DNA from: Candidatus Omnitrophota bacterium
GTDB taxonomy: Bacteria; Omnitrophota; Omnitrophia; Omnitrophales; Aquincolibacteriaceae
Assembly: GCA_043803685.1 (NCBI GenBank)
Contig: JAZDJU010000119.1
Location: 1 to 54,989, forward strand
Length of the DNA: 54,989 nt
Reading direction: 5' to 3'
A program made the position numbers and the translations under genes. The notes beneath the pieces are model-generated. The model was not told the DNA's origin and searched no databases. It was given only the letters and a program-made list of their open reading frames with translations. Below, piece by piece: positions 47,038 to 54,989 of the stretch (position 1 is the stretch's first letter; each line of letters opens with the position of its first letter).

Positions 47038-47994
47038 TCAGTCTTTGACGAAATAGCGGACCGTGAAATCGGCGTAATGGATAAATGGCCGGATCCCAAT
47101 CTCCTTAAAAAATTCTTCGCAGGCAGTCCGGCATCCTTTAAGAGACCAATCGTCGATTATGATGAAACCGCCTTTGTTGACCAGGGGGTATAGATTCCTG
47201 AGACAAACAAGCGTGCTCTCATAAAGATCGCCGTCAAGACGCAAAAGCGCAATGGGTCCCATCGTCTTCGCTGCTACCGGCACTGTATTCTGGAACCAGC
47301 CCACATGGAAAGTCGCGAGATCTTTTGGATATTTCGCGATATCAAAAAGAACCTTCTCGGCATCCGCCTGACTCGCGATAAGCGCGCCGCTCGACACCAG
47401 TTTGCCATCACATTGTTCCGCCGGTATCGCCCAATCCTTGGCCATCCAGTCGCAATAATCCTTCTCCAACTGCGGGTTCGGGATACCCTCAAAAGAATCA
47501 AAAAGGTGAAAATGGCGGTTGCCCTTGCCCCATTTTAGTGAGGCAAGCGCCATGACGGCGGTGCTGCCGCCTGAACACACTCCGGTTTCGACAAAAGCCC
47601 CTTTGATATTTCCTTCTTCGAGGTAGCGGACAACGGCGCAGATATTGAGCAGGGCGTCATAGGTGCACATGGTAAAGGCCCGCACTTTCTGGATAGCCTC
47701 TTTCATGAACGCCTCGCCGTCGTAGCCGCGCAACAAGTACTGCCAGTACTCCTGATTCCGGGGACAGTTCGTGTGAATCATGGAAGAATTAAAACTATGC
47801 TCGGCGGGAAGGTCCACGAGTCGAAGCGTCTTAACGTCCAGGCTCAATTTCTTTTGCACATCGTTAGCCACATAGGGATCGATGACAAACTTATTGATCC
47901 TGCCCTTTAGGATCGCCTGATGTCGCAGATGGTTCAACTCATTGAACCATCGAAAGCGTTTTAAAAATCTCTTCATCCTTCCGATCCCCAACAT
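47038..47994 (-). CDS. TylF/MycF/NovP-family O-methyltransferase
   Basis: 318 aa; GAFVETGV..GG, LFDSFEG, GWFQNT, LRLDGDLYEST, IIDDW. Confidence 0.9.
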   Translation of the reverse strand: MLGIGRMKRFLKRFRWFNELNHLRHQAILKGRINKFVIDPYVANDVQKKLSLDVKTLRLVDLPAEHSFNSSMIHTNCPRNQEYWQYLLRGYDGEAFMKEAIQKVRAFTMCTYDALLNICAVVRYLEEGNIKGAFVETGVCSGGSTAVMALASLKWGKGNRHFHLFDSFEGIPNPQLEKDYCDWMAKDWAIPAEQCDGKLVSSGALIASQADAEKVLFDIAKYPKDLATFHVGWFQNTVPVAAKTMGPIALLRLDGDLYESTLVCLRNLYPLVNKGGFIIIDDWSLKGCRTACEEFFKEIGIRPFIHYADFTVRYFVKD

Positions 47995-48040
47995 AGGAAA
48001 CTCCTTGTATTGATCTTGTAGCCGCCCTCTTGGACGGGTT

Positions 48041-48712
48041 TTATTCGAAGTAGATAAAAGAATGGTCCCCGGAGTATCCGGTGTGCTTGAACCACCACTC
48101 CCATTCTTCTGGCGTATTGAACGCCTCGCAGGTCACCTGCCAGTACAAGAGATTGGCTTTTTCCGTTTCATTGCGGTAGGACTCCACGCAAAGATACTTA
48201 TTCTTCTTCCCGACCCGCTCGATCTCCCTGAGGGCTTTGTCCAAGTTGTAGCAGGGGAGATTATGCAGGGTTGTGATCGAAAAAACAAAGTCAAAGTGAT
48301 GGTCCGGGAACGGCAGGGCCGTTGCGTTGCCGACCATCAGACGGTCGCGTATCTCCGGCTTCGCGTTCGCTATGGCATAGTTTGAAATATCGATCCCCGT
48401 AATCTCAATGCCAGGAATCACTTTTGTGAAGTCGTAGAGAAGAAAACCCTTGCCGCAGCCGACATCGAGGATTTTGTCGCCAGGCTTCAGGCCATAATGC
48501 TCCACCATGGCGCGGGCCACCTTTTCCCAGCGTCCTTCCATGTAGCGGTATCCGCCGTAGCAGATGCGCCGGTCGCCGTCCCAGTAGTCGAAATCCCATT
48601 TTTTGGCGAGTTCCGCAGCTTTCGGTTTGGGATATTCGGGATCGTTGACCCTGGCCAGATAATCGCGTTGGGTCTTGTTGTGGTTGACGGAAATAAAATC
48701 AATATAAGCCAT
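48041..48712 (-). CDS. Class I SAM-dependent methyltransferase
   Basis: 223 aa; YWDGDRR.CYGGY, LDVGCGKG, LPFPD..FD, TLHNL. Confidence 0.9.
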   Translation of the reverse strand: MAYIDFISVNHNKTQRDYLARVNDPEYPKPKAAELAKKWDFDYWDGDRRICYGGYRYMEGRWEKVARAMVEHYGLKPGDKILDVGCGKGFLLYDFTKVIPGIEITGIDISNYAIANAKPEIRDRLMVGNATALPFPDHHFDFVFSITTLHNLPCYNLDKALREIERVGKKNKYLCVESYRNETEKANLLYWQVTCEAFNTPEEWEWWFKHTGYSGDHSFIYFE

Positions 48713-49724
48713 GAGCCGCTCCGTTTAAGGTTTCCATGGAACCCATAAGCCTTCTCGCTTTCACGATCTGCTCTTCCTTCGTCCGGGAAACACGGTTCCC
48801 TGCGAACCGCCTACGGTCGCTGTCGACCGGGATGAAATGATTCAGCGCGATGCAGCACCATTTTATTCGATAAAGCCGCAGCAACAAACCGATTCTTAAG
48901 AGGGTCGCATCAGGATCAGAGGTGAGACCGGCGGCCCTCTTTGCGAAGATCCCAAGATACTCCGCGGGTACCGGCAAGGCTAAATGGGAGAAAAAATCCC
49001 CCACCGTTTTGGCGGGGTCATCCCATCCGGCGTATTCAAAATCGAGAAAGTAAATTTTACCGTCATTTCCGACGAGAACATTGTGAAACCCGAAATCGGA
49101 AGGCGAAATGATCCTGTCGCATGGGGGCAGGTTTTCACCGGTCCGTAGTCCTTTTGCGGACGCTTCCGTGAGAATCGTTGCTTTTGTCTTCTCCCAAGAC
49201 GGGACGAGCTCATTATTGATGAATATGTGCGCGTGCGCGTCGGTGACCGCTAAGAGGCGGTTTACGCGTTGTTCGACAAGTTGGAGATGAGCGTCGATCG
49301 AAAAACAGGCTTCTGAGGCGTTCGAAATATCGTCGACGGCCGTCTCGCGGTATGCATTGAGCGTCTTCAGAAAATCGAGCGCTCGGGCGACTGTGGAAGG
49401 CGTTACGTCCGGGAGCTCCGGCCTCCGGCCATCAATGAAGGAGTAGATCGCGAGATCGTTCTTTTCGTCCTTTGCCACAGGACGCGGCAGGCAGTCGATC
49501 CCGTTCCGGGATGCGAATGAAATGAACGAATACTCGGCCACGAGCCTGTTCCTCTTGTCTCCGGCATGCGTAAAATAATGTTTTGCAACGAACTTTTCTT
49601 TCCCGGCGTCGATGAGGTAAAGCCGGTTATTACCGCTGGTGGGGAGCCTCTCGATCTTCAGAGTGCCTGCCCCCAACAACGCGGCGATTTGCGTTTTCAG
49701 ATCATCATCGTGATTAACTGTCAT
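48699..49724 (-). CDS. APH/choline-kinase-like phosphotransferase
   Basis: Start placed at ATG 49724 (ATGA overlap); GNNRLY, AKHY, SPSDFGFHN, FLDFEYAGWDDP. Confidence 0.82.
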   Translation of the reverse strand: MTVNHDDDLKTQIAALLGAGTLKIERLPTSGNNRLYLIDAGKEKFVAKHYFTHAGDKRNRLVAEYSFISFASRNGIDCLPRPVAKDEKNDLAIYSFIDGRRPELPDVTPSTVARALDFLKTLNAYRETAVDDISNASEACFSIDAHLQLVEQRVNRLLAVTDAHAHIFINNELVPSWEKTKATILTEASAKGLRTGENLPPCDRIISPSDFGFHNVLVGNDGKIYFLDFEYAGWDDPAKTVGDFFSHLALPVPAEYLGIFAKRAAGLTSDPDATLLRIGLLLRLYRIKWCCIALNHFIPVDSDRRRFAGNRVSRTKEEQIVKARRLMGSMETLNGAAHGLY

Positions 49725-50335
49725 TGGGCCAAGAGGAATTCGGCGATCTCGCGCCATGATTTAAAGGACATCACATCGCTCCCCGAGGAAGTTCTATCGG
49801 TCCTGGCCGGAGAGAAAAGCAGCTTCCGAGTCCCCTTTGGAAAAGCCGGTTCCGCGAGGAACTCCGGAAGGTCATCAATGAAGTGAGTGCAACCGGAATC
49901 GCCGATCTGAGCCAGCTTTTCCTGTTTCGTTTCTTTCAAAAAAACATCCTTCGCAAAAAGTCCCCCAAGGCCGTGCTCCTCGAGCCATTTCCGGGCGGCC
50001 TCATGAAGATCATAGGCCTCCCCTTTGTACGGATAACGGGTCTTGTGGCTTATGATGACAACAGGGATTGATCGCAACCTTAGCTTCGCGATACATTCGA
50101 GAGCCCCTGGAAAGGCCGAAACATCAGACATACGCGCGCCGTAGACATAACCCTGCAACTCTGTCCAGACATCCTCTTTTCCGGCTTGACGCAACGAGTC
50201 CCGGACGCTTTCCTTATTCTTAGGGGTGTCGCTTGAGATCCATCCTCTTTCCAAGGCAACATGATGAAAAATATAGTCGTAGCAAACGATGGTGTTGTCG
50301 AAATCAATCCCGACGCGAAGATTTTCCGGCGACAT
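49721..50335 (-). CDS. HAD-superfamily hydrolase/phosphatase
   Basis: Start ATG 50335 (TGATG overlap); GIDFDNTI motif I, ISHK, FIDD. Confidence 0.82.
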   Translation of the reverse strand: MSPENLRVGIDFDNTIVCYDYIFHHVALERGWISSDTPKNKESVRDSLRQAGKEDVWTELQGYVYGARMSDVSAFPGALECIAKLRLRSIPVVIISHKTRYPYKGEAYDLHEAARKWLEEHGLGGLFAKDVFLKETKQEKLAQIGDSGCTHFIDDLPEFLAEPAFPKGTRKLLFSPARTDRTSSGSDVMSFKSWREIAEFLLAQ

Positions 50336-51258
50336 CAAACGGCACGTTCTTTGAGGATTTTTTCTATGATCTTTTCGGTCGTAAGTCCGTACTGAACACG
50401 AGCATAGGCTTGTTTCCCCGGAATGTTCAAAAAATGATCCCCGGTGCCAAATCTGAGAAGCCTGCAACCCGACCGGTCATGATCCGTCATCCATTCCGCC
50501 ACGGCACTTCCCAACCCGCCGATGAGACTGTGTTCTTCGATCGTCACGACCATTTTGAAAGTGGAGCAGACCGACTCGAGAAGCGCTGCATCCAACGGTT
50601 TCACGGTATGGAAACTCTCTACGCGAACAGACACACCTTTCTCCGAAAGCTTATCGGCTACCGAAAGCGCAAGTGACATGGCATTTCCCGTGCTCAAGAG
50701 GCATAGATCCGTCCCCTTCCGAACAGTGATCGACCTTCCGATCTTGAAATCGAAATCACTCGCGTGGACATTGGGCTCGCCCTTTTTACCAAGCCTGAGA
50801 TACACCGGCCCTTTTTGTTCCATCGCGGCTCTTAGGGCAAGCCGGACTTCGATAGGATCGCATGGACAAATGATTGAAATATTCGGGAACATCCTCAAAA
50901 GACCTATGTCATCGCAGGAATGATGGGTGGGACCCAATTCCGCATAGGAAAGTCCCGCGCCTGTGCCCACGATCGTTACCGGAAGGTTGTGATAGCAGAC
51001 ATCGATCCGTATCTGCTCAAGACACCGGACTGTCGCAAAAGGCGTGATCGAATAGGTAACCGGACGAAGACCACTCATGGCGAGCCCGGCAGCCATGCCC
51101 GTCATGTTGGCCTCTGCCACGCCGCAGTTATAGAAACGATTTGGCGCTACGGCCTTAAAATCATCAAAGAGTTTGTTGCCAATATCCCCCGAGAGAAGAA
51201 CGACTTGCGGGTTTTCCCGAGCTAATTGGGTAAGTTCTTTCGCGAAAATGTTTCTCAT
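50335..51258 (-). CDS. Transketolase-like, C-terminal (pyrimidine-binding) subunit
   Basis: 307 aa; GVAEANM, EQIRID, LGPTHH, YLRL, EEHS..GGLGS. Confidence 0.92.
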   Translation of the reverse strand: MRNIFAKELTQLARENPQVVLLSGDIGNKLFDDFKAVAPNRFYNCGVAEANMTGMAAGLAMSGLRPVTYSITPFATVRCLEQIRIDVCYHNLPVTIVGTGAGLSYAELGPTHHSCDDIGLLRMFPNISIICPCDPIEVRLALRAAMEQKGPVYLRLGKKGEPNVHASDFDFKIGRSITVRKGTDLCLLSTGNAMSLALSVADKLSEKGVSVRVESFHTVKPLDAALLESVCSTFKMVVTIEEHSLIGGLGSAVAEWMTDHDRSGCRLLRFGTGDHFLNIPGKQAYARVQYGLTTEKIIEKILKERAV

Positions 51259-52082
51259 GAATCGAGAAGCCCCAGCTCTTTTCGGGCCGCCTGAACTTCT
51301 TCCGGCTTAGGGGTCCGGTAATGCCAGTTATTGTTATCTTCCATGAAAGAGACGCCCTTACCCTTGATCGTGTGTGCGAGGATCGCAACGGGTTTCCCGG
51401 AACCATCCGGAAGCTTCAAAAGAAGATTCGCAAGTTCCTCAATGTTGTGGCCGTCCACTTCGTACGCGCTCCAGCCAAATGCCTCCCATTTTTTCATGAA
51501 CGGATCAATCGCCATAATCTCCTGGCTCCGCCCCGTTGCCTGCCATTTGTTAAAATCAATGATCGTAATGAGTTTCGCCAGCTTTTGAGCCGCTGCGAAC
51601 ATAGCGGCCTCCCAGACAGAACCTTCGTTGCATTCCCCGTCGCTCATAAGCACGATGGTTTTATTCGGAATATTTTTGATCCGGGAGGCAAGCGCCATGC
51701 CGACGCCGAGAGGCAACCCGTGTCCCAGAGAGCCCGTCGCGGCTTCCACGCCGGGGACTCCGTGAGCGGGAGGATGTTCCGCAAAAAGGCTTCCATCGAC
51801 GCCATAATGATCCAATTCGGACAAAGGAAAAAAACCACGCATGGCAAGAAGCTGAAAAAGCGCCGGCGCCGCATGGCCCTTGCTCAACAGGAACCTGTCC
51901 CGGCCTTCGGCGTTCGGTTGATCAGGATCGACCTGGAGCACCCGCCAGTAAAGAGCCACAAGGATGTCAACGCAAGACAGACAAGACCCCAAGTGCGGGA
52001 CCTTGGCCTTGCCTGAGGTTTCGATGATCCTGCCGCGTAATTCCGCGGAGATCTTACGAAGGTCTTCCATGCTTTTCCCCAT
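51255..52082 (-). CDS. Transketolase-like, N-terminal (TPP-binding) subunit
   Basis: 275 aa; HLGSCLS, LSKGH, TGSLGHG, SDGECNEGSVWE, VDGH, TIKGKG. Confidence 0.92.
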   Translation of the reverse strand: MGKSMEDLRKISAELRGRIIETSGKAKVPHLGSCLSCVDILVALYWRVLQVDPDQPNAEGRDRFLLSKGHAAPALFQLLAMRGFFPLSELDHYGVDGSLFAEHPPAHGVPGVEAATGSLGHGLPLGVGMALASRIKNIPNKTIVLMSDGECNEGSVWEAAMFAAAQKLAKLITIIDFNKWQATGRSQEIMAIDPFMKKWEAFGWSAYEVDGHNIEELANLLLKLPDGSGKPVAILAHTIKGKGVSFMEDNNNWHYRTPKPEEVQAARKELGLLDS

Positions 52083-52116
52083 GATTTAACGAATGCCAAT
52101 TCCCGCGCGGCACAGT

Positions 52117-53184
52117 TTAAATAAAGTTATCATGATCCCCAGGATGGCGAATCCGCCATAGATAGTTATTGATCGCTTCCATGCGACATGTGGTATGGCA
52201 ATCGCATGGATCGAAGTCCTTATTGCACCAGGCTAGACTCTCGGTACGTTTGGAACCATTCCATATTTCAGCAAACCCCGTCTCAAATATGTTTCCGTAG
52301 AGAAAGCGCTCGTCCCTTAGGTGTCTGAAGCAACCCCACACATTCCCCTCGGCATCGATATAACACCAGAACGGTAATGCGAGACAACGGTCAAATGAAT
52401 CTTGTTTGGCATCCCATCGCTGCATGGCGGCTTGGCGGAAGATCACTTGAAAATTCTTGCGTTCTTCGGCACGAAGGGCGTTGGCCAACTCGGCGCAATT
52501 CTTGTAACTAATATCGCCATAGCGATTACTCAGGCTTTCGCAGCTCCGCGTATAAGGCTTGATCACCAAATAATCCAGCCCAATATCCCGCACTCGCCGC
52601 GCAAGAGACACCATTTCATCCTGAGTCTCCGGCACCAGCAGACACTGAACACCGACGGTGCAGGCATAACCCTCTTTGGCCCGGATCTCTACGGCCGACG
52701 CCAAATGGCGCATGACGGTATTGAAATCTTCAGCAGGCGCATTATGAATGGCGGCATAAGTTTCAGGACTCCCGGCATTACAGCTAACCTTGATCCATGA
52801 GGCAACAGGCAGGATACGCCGTGCCGTTTCAGGCTTGAAAAGTACGGCATTGGTGGAAAAAGAAACATCGATGCCTGCCGCTTTAGTCGCTTGGGCGATT
52901 TCGACCATATCCTTGTGCAGAAAAGGCTCGCCCTCCCCTGCGTACATGATGGATTTCACTCCTAAATCCCCCATCTCACGCAAGCGTTCTTTAATTAAAG
53001 GGGTAGAAAGGAATTTAGCTTTGTAGCCCCGAAAATCCATCGAGCAGAAAACGCACCGGTGGTTACAAGTACCGGAAGGAGAAATTTCCATATAGATCGG
53101 ATAGATGTTCTCGCCTTTTAGCCAACGGGCTACGCGCTGAGGATGCAAATGCAATTTATGGGAGTCGATGTAGTAGTTGCTCAT
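52117..53184 (-). CDS. Radical SAM/SPASM protein
   Basis: 355 aa; CNHRCVFC, GEGEP, STNA, C-terminal CLALPF...GNVWGC...YGNI...CDCHTTC. Confidence 0.88.
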   Translation of the reverse strand: MSNYYIDSHKLHLHPQRVARWLKGENIYPIYMEISPSGTCNHRCVFCSMDFRGYKAKFLSTPLIKERLREMGDLGVKSIMYAGEGEPFLHKDMVEIAQATKAAGIDVSFSTNAVLFKPETARRILPVASWIKVSCNAGSPETYAAIHNAPAEDFNTVMRHLASAVEIRAKEGYACTVGVQCLLVPETQDEMVSLARRVRDIGLDYLVIKPYTRSCESLSNRYGDISYKNCAELANALRAEERKNFQVIFRQAAMQRWDAKQDSFDRCLALPFWCYIDAEGNVWGCFRHLRDERFLYGNIFETGFAEIWNGSKRTESLAWCNKDFDPCDCHTTCRMEAINNYLWRIRHPGDHDNFI

Positions 53185-53221
53185 GAAAATATCTCTCAGA
53201 TGGTATCTTTTATTTGAAAAA

Positions 53222-54217
53222 TCACGGCTTATGAATATAGGAGCAAGACTGTCGCATCAACACGTCGAGATTATTCCTCACCCATGCGATGGTTTCGTCA
53301 AGACCCTCTTCTAAAGAAATTTTCGCTTCCCAGCCTAGCAATTTCCGCGCTTTCGAATTATCCAGAAGATAGGCGGAATCCTTGCCGGGGCGCTCATCGA
53401 CGGACTCAACGCACTCATCCAAGGAGACCCCCATACGTTCAGCGATCAAACTCACAAGGTCCCGGACTGAAATATTCATTCCCGTAGAAAGGTGGAATAT
53501 CTCCCCGGGGGAAGCGGAACGCATCACGCTCAGCGTACCTTCGGAAACATCCCGGATGTTTATAAAAGAACGCACCGAGTGTCCGCCCCCATGGAGCTGA
53601 AGCTTTCGTCCTGTCATGAAGAATAGAATTGCGCGCGGGATGATACGATAGAGCTGTTGTCCCGGGCCATAGACGTTGGCCGCACGCGTAAATACGACTG
53701 GGAATTGATATTGCTTAAAATAAGTCATGAGACTCATGTCCGCGGCTGCGCGAGAAACGGCATAAGGGGTGCTGGGGTTATACTGAGTGCTTTCCGGCAC
53801 AAGGCCGCTGCAACTACCGTAAACTTCCGGCGTGGAGATGTGGACATACTTTTTGAGAAAGACGCAATGCCGAAGGCGCTCATGAAGCCTGACAGTCGAA
53901 ACAACATTGGTCGTCATCCAATGATCCGGATTCTGCCAGCTTTCAGCCACCATGCTCTGTGCGGCAAAATTAACGACATACTGCGGTTTAAATGCGTCGA
54001 GGATCCCCAAAAGTGAATCCAACTGGAGATTAATGTCAATCGGATGGAACTTGAATCGCTGTTGCGCCTCCGCCGTAATCCAGCGATAGGGTAAAAACAC
54101 CGGGGAAGGCTCTGCGGACCGGCTTACACCGACCACCTCACATCCCGATCCGAGGGCATGCGCGATAAAACTGGATCCCGAGAATGAATTACTGCCGATG
54201 ACCAGAATTTTAGTCAA
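53222..54217 (-). CDS. NDP-sugar 4,6-dehydratase-like extended SDR
   Basis: 331 aa, TTG start with GGAGG RBS; GSNSFSG, NFAAQSMV, STPEVYG, YAVSR, ANVYGP. Confidence 0.88.
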   Translation of the reverse strand: MTKILVIGSNSFSGSSFIAHALGSGCEVVGVSRSAEPSPVFLPYRWITAEAQQRFKFHPIDINLQLDSLLGILDAFKPQYVVNFAAQSMVAESWQNPDHWMTTNVVSTVRLHERLRHCVFLKKYVHISTPEVYGSCSGLVPESTQYNPSTPYAVSRAAADMSLMTYFKQYQFPVVFTRAANVYGPGQQLYRIIPRAILFFMTGRKLQLHGGGHSVRSFINIRDVSEGTLSVMRSASPGEIFHLSTGMNISVRDLVSLIAERMGVSLDECVESVDERPGKDSAYLLDNSKARKLLGWEAKISLEEGLDETIAWVRNNLDVLMRQSCSYIHKP

Positions 54218-54312
54218 AAAACCCTCCTCGCATCTAAAAAATAAGTCAATATTCTCTCACAAGCAGGCTCTTACTAAAACCAGAAATTTTTCGATTTCTG
54301 AAAATCGTCTCT

Positions 54313-54989
54313 TCAGGCACCAGCCATCTTAAGCAAAGTCAGTAGACCGAGCACGAGCATCAGGATGCCGGCATATCTTTTGAGCGAAGCGGAGGGGGCG
54401 CTCTTGACCGTCAGGGCAGCCACGGGAACGGCGGCGGTCGCAAAAAAAATCAAGAGAAGGGTCAATTTCCAGTCGATCGCTCTGCCGGTCATGAGGTAAA
54501 TGAGAAAACCCACAAGACAGGTAATGGCTTCCGCGAAAGCCGTGATCCCGACGGCATTCTTGACGTGAACACCGGAGAGCATTTGCCCACCCATGACCAG
54601 CGGTCCGTAGCCCCCGCCGGAGATCCCTTTGTTGAAGGATGCCAGAAGACTTATCCCCATGAGTTTTTTCCAGGAAAATTTCATGGGATGTTTGATCGTA
54701 TAAAGGACCAGCGCGCCCATGGACGCGACGAGCAGTCCGATATAGAGCGTCAGGATCCGCTTCGGGATCTGGACCGCCAGAAAAACCGAGATCACCACCC
54801 CGATCACGCTCATCAACCCGAGAAGCGCCGCCGCCTTGAAATCCTTGGACCCGGGCCTCAGATCCACGTTGAACATTCTGTGATGGGCAACACACGCGGC
54901 AATATCGGTGACCAGTTGCGAGATCAGCACGGCGGGAACCACTTGCAAGGGATCAAACCCCATCAGGATCAGGATCGGCGCGAGCGCGG
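54313..54989 (-). CDS. TauE/SafE (TSUP) family membrane transporter, 5'-truncated by window edge
   Basis: Hydrophobic; open frame continues to the window edge (ALAPILILMGFDP...); SGGGYGP motif. Confidence 0.75.
   Translation of the reverse strand, partial: ALAPILILMGFDPLQVVPAVLISQLVTDIAACVAHHRMFNVDLRPGSKDFKAAALLGLMSVIGVVISVFLAVQIPKRILTLYIGLLVASMGALVLYTIKHPMKFSWKKLMGISLLASFNKGISGGGYGPLVMGGQMLSGVHVKNAVGITAFAEAITCLVGFLIYLMTGRAIDWKLTLLLIFFATAAVPVAALTVKSAPSASLKRYAGILMLVLGLLTLLKMAGA

Overview
The whole window is one co-directional, minus-strand bacterial cell-surface glycan locus of about 46 genes, probably LPS O-antigen or similar. Many genes are joined by ATGA/TGATG stop-start overlaps. In transcription order (right to left): a truncated TauE/SafE-type transporter; a sugar-building cassette (SDR epimerase/dehydratase, SPASM-type radical SAM, split transketolase, HAD, APH-like kinase, methyltransferases, frameshifted Zn-dehydrogenase); an acylation module (MBOAT, AlgJ/AlgX-like SGNH, AMP ligase, ACP, two paralogous SGNH proteins); the Wzm/Wzt ABC exporter; GT2 glycosyltransferases; an array of 11 predicted cobalamin-dependent radical SAM enzymes (8 back-to-back) mixed with class I methyltransferases; an RmlD-like reductase; a TIGR04372-like glycosyltransferase; a WaaL-like ligase; and a carbamoyltransferase with an SxtJ-like partner. 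The standout is the 11 B12-radical-SAM genes, all with intact CxxxCxxC motifs (13 radical SAM genes in total), which outnumber the recognisable glycosyltransferases. Other oddities: two genes broken by single-base deletions, a 29-codon duplicated gene remnant, and two intergenic inverted-repeat elements. No rRNA, tRNA, CRISPR array or transposase was seen. All product calls come from motifs read by eye, not database searches.
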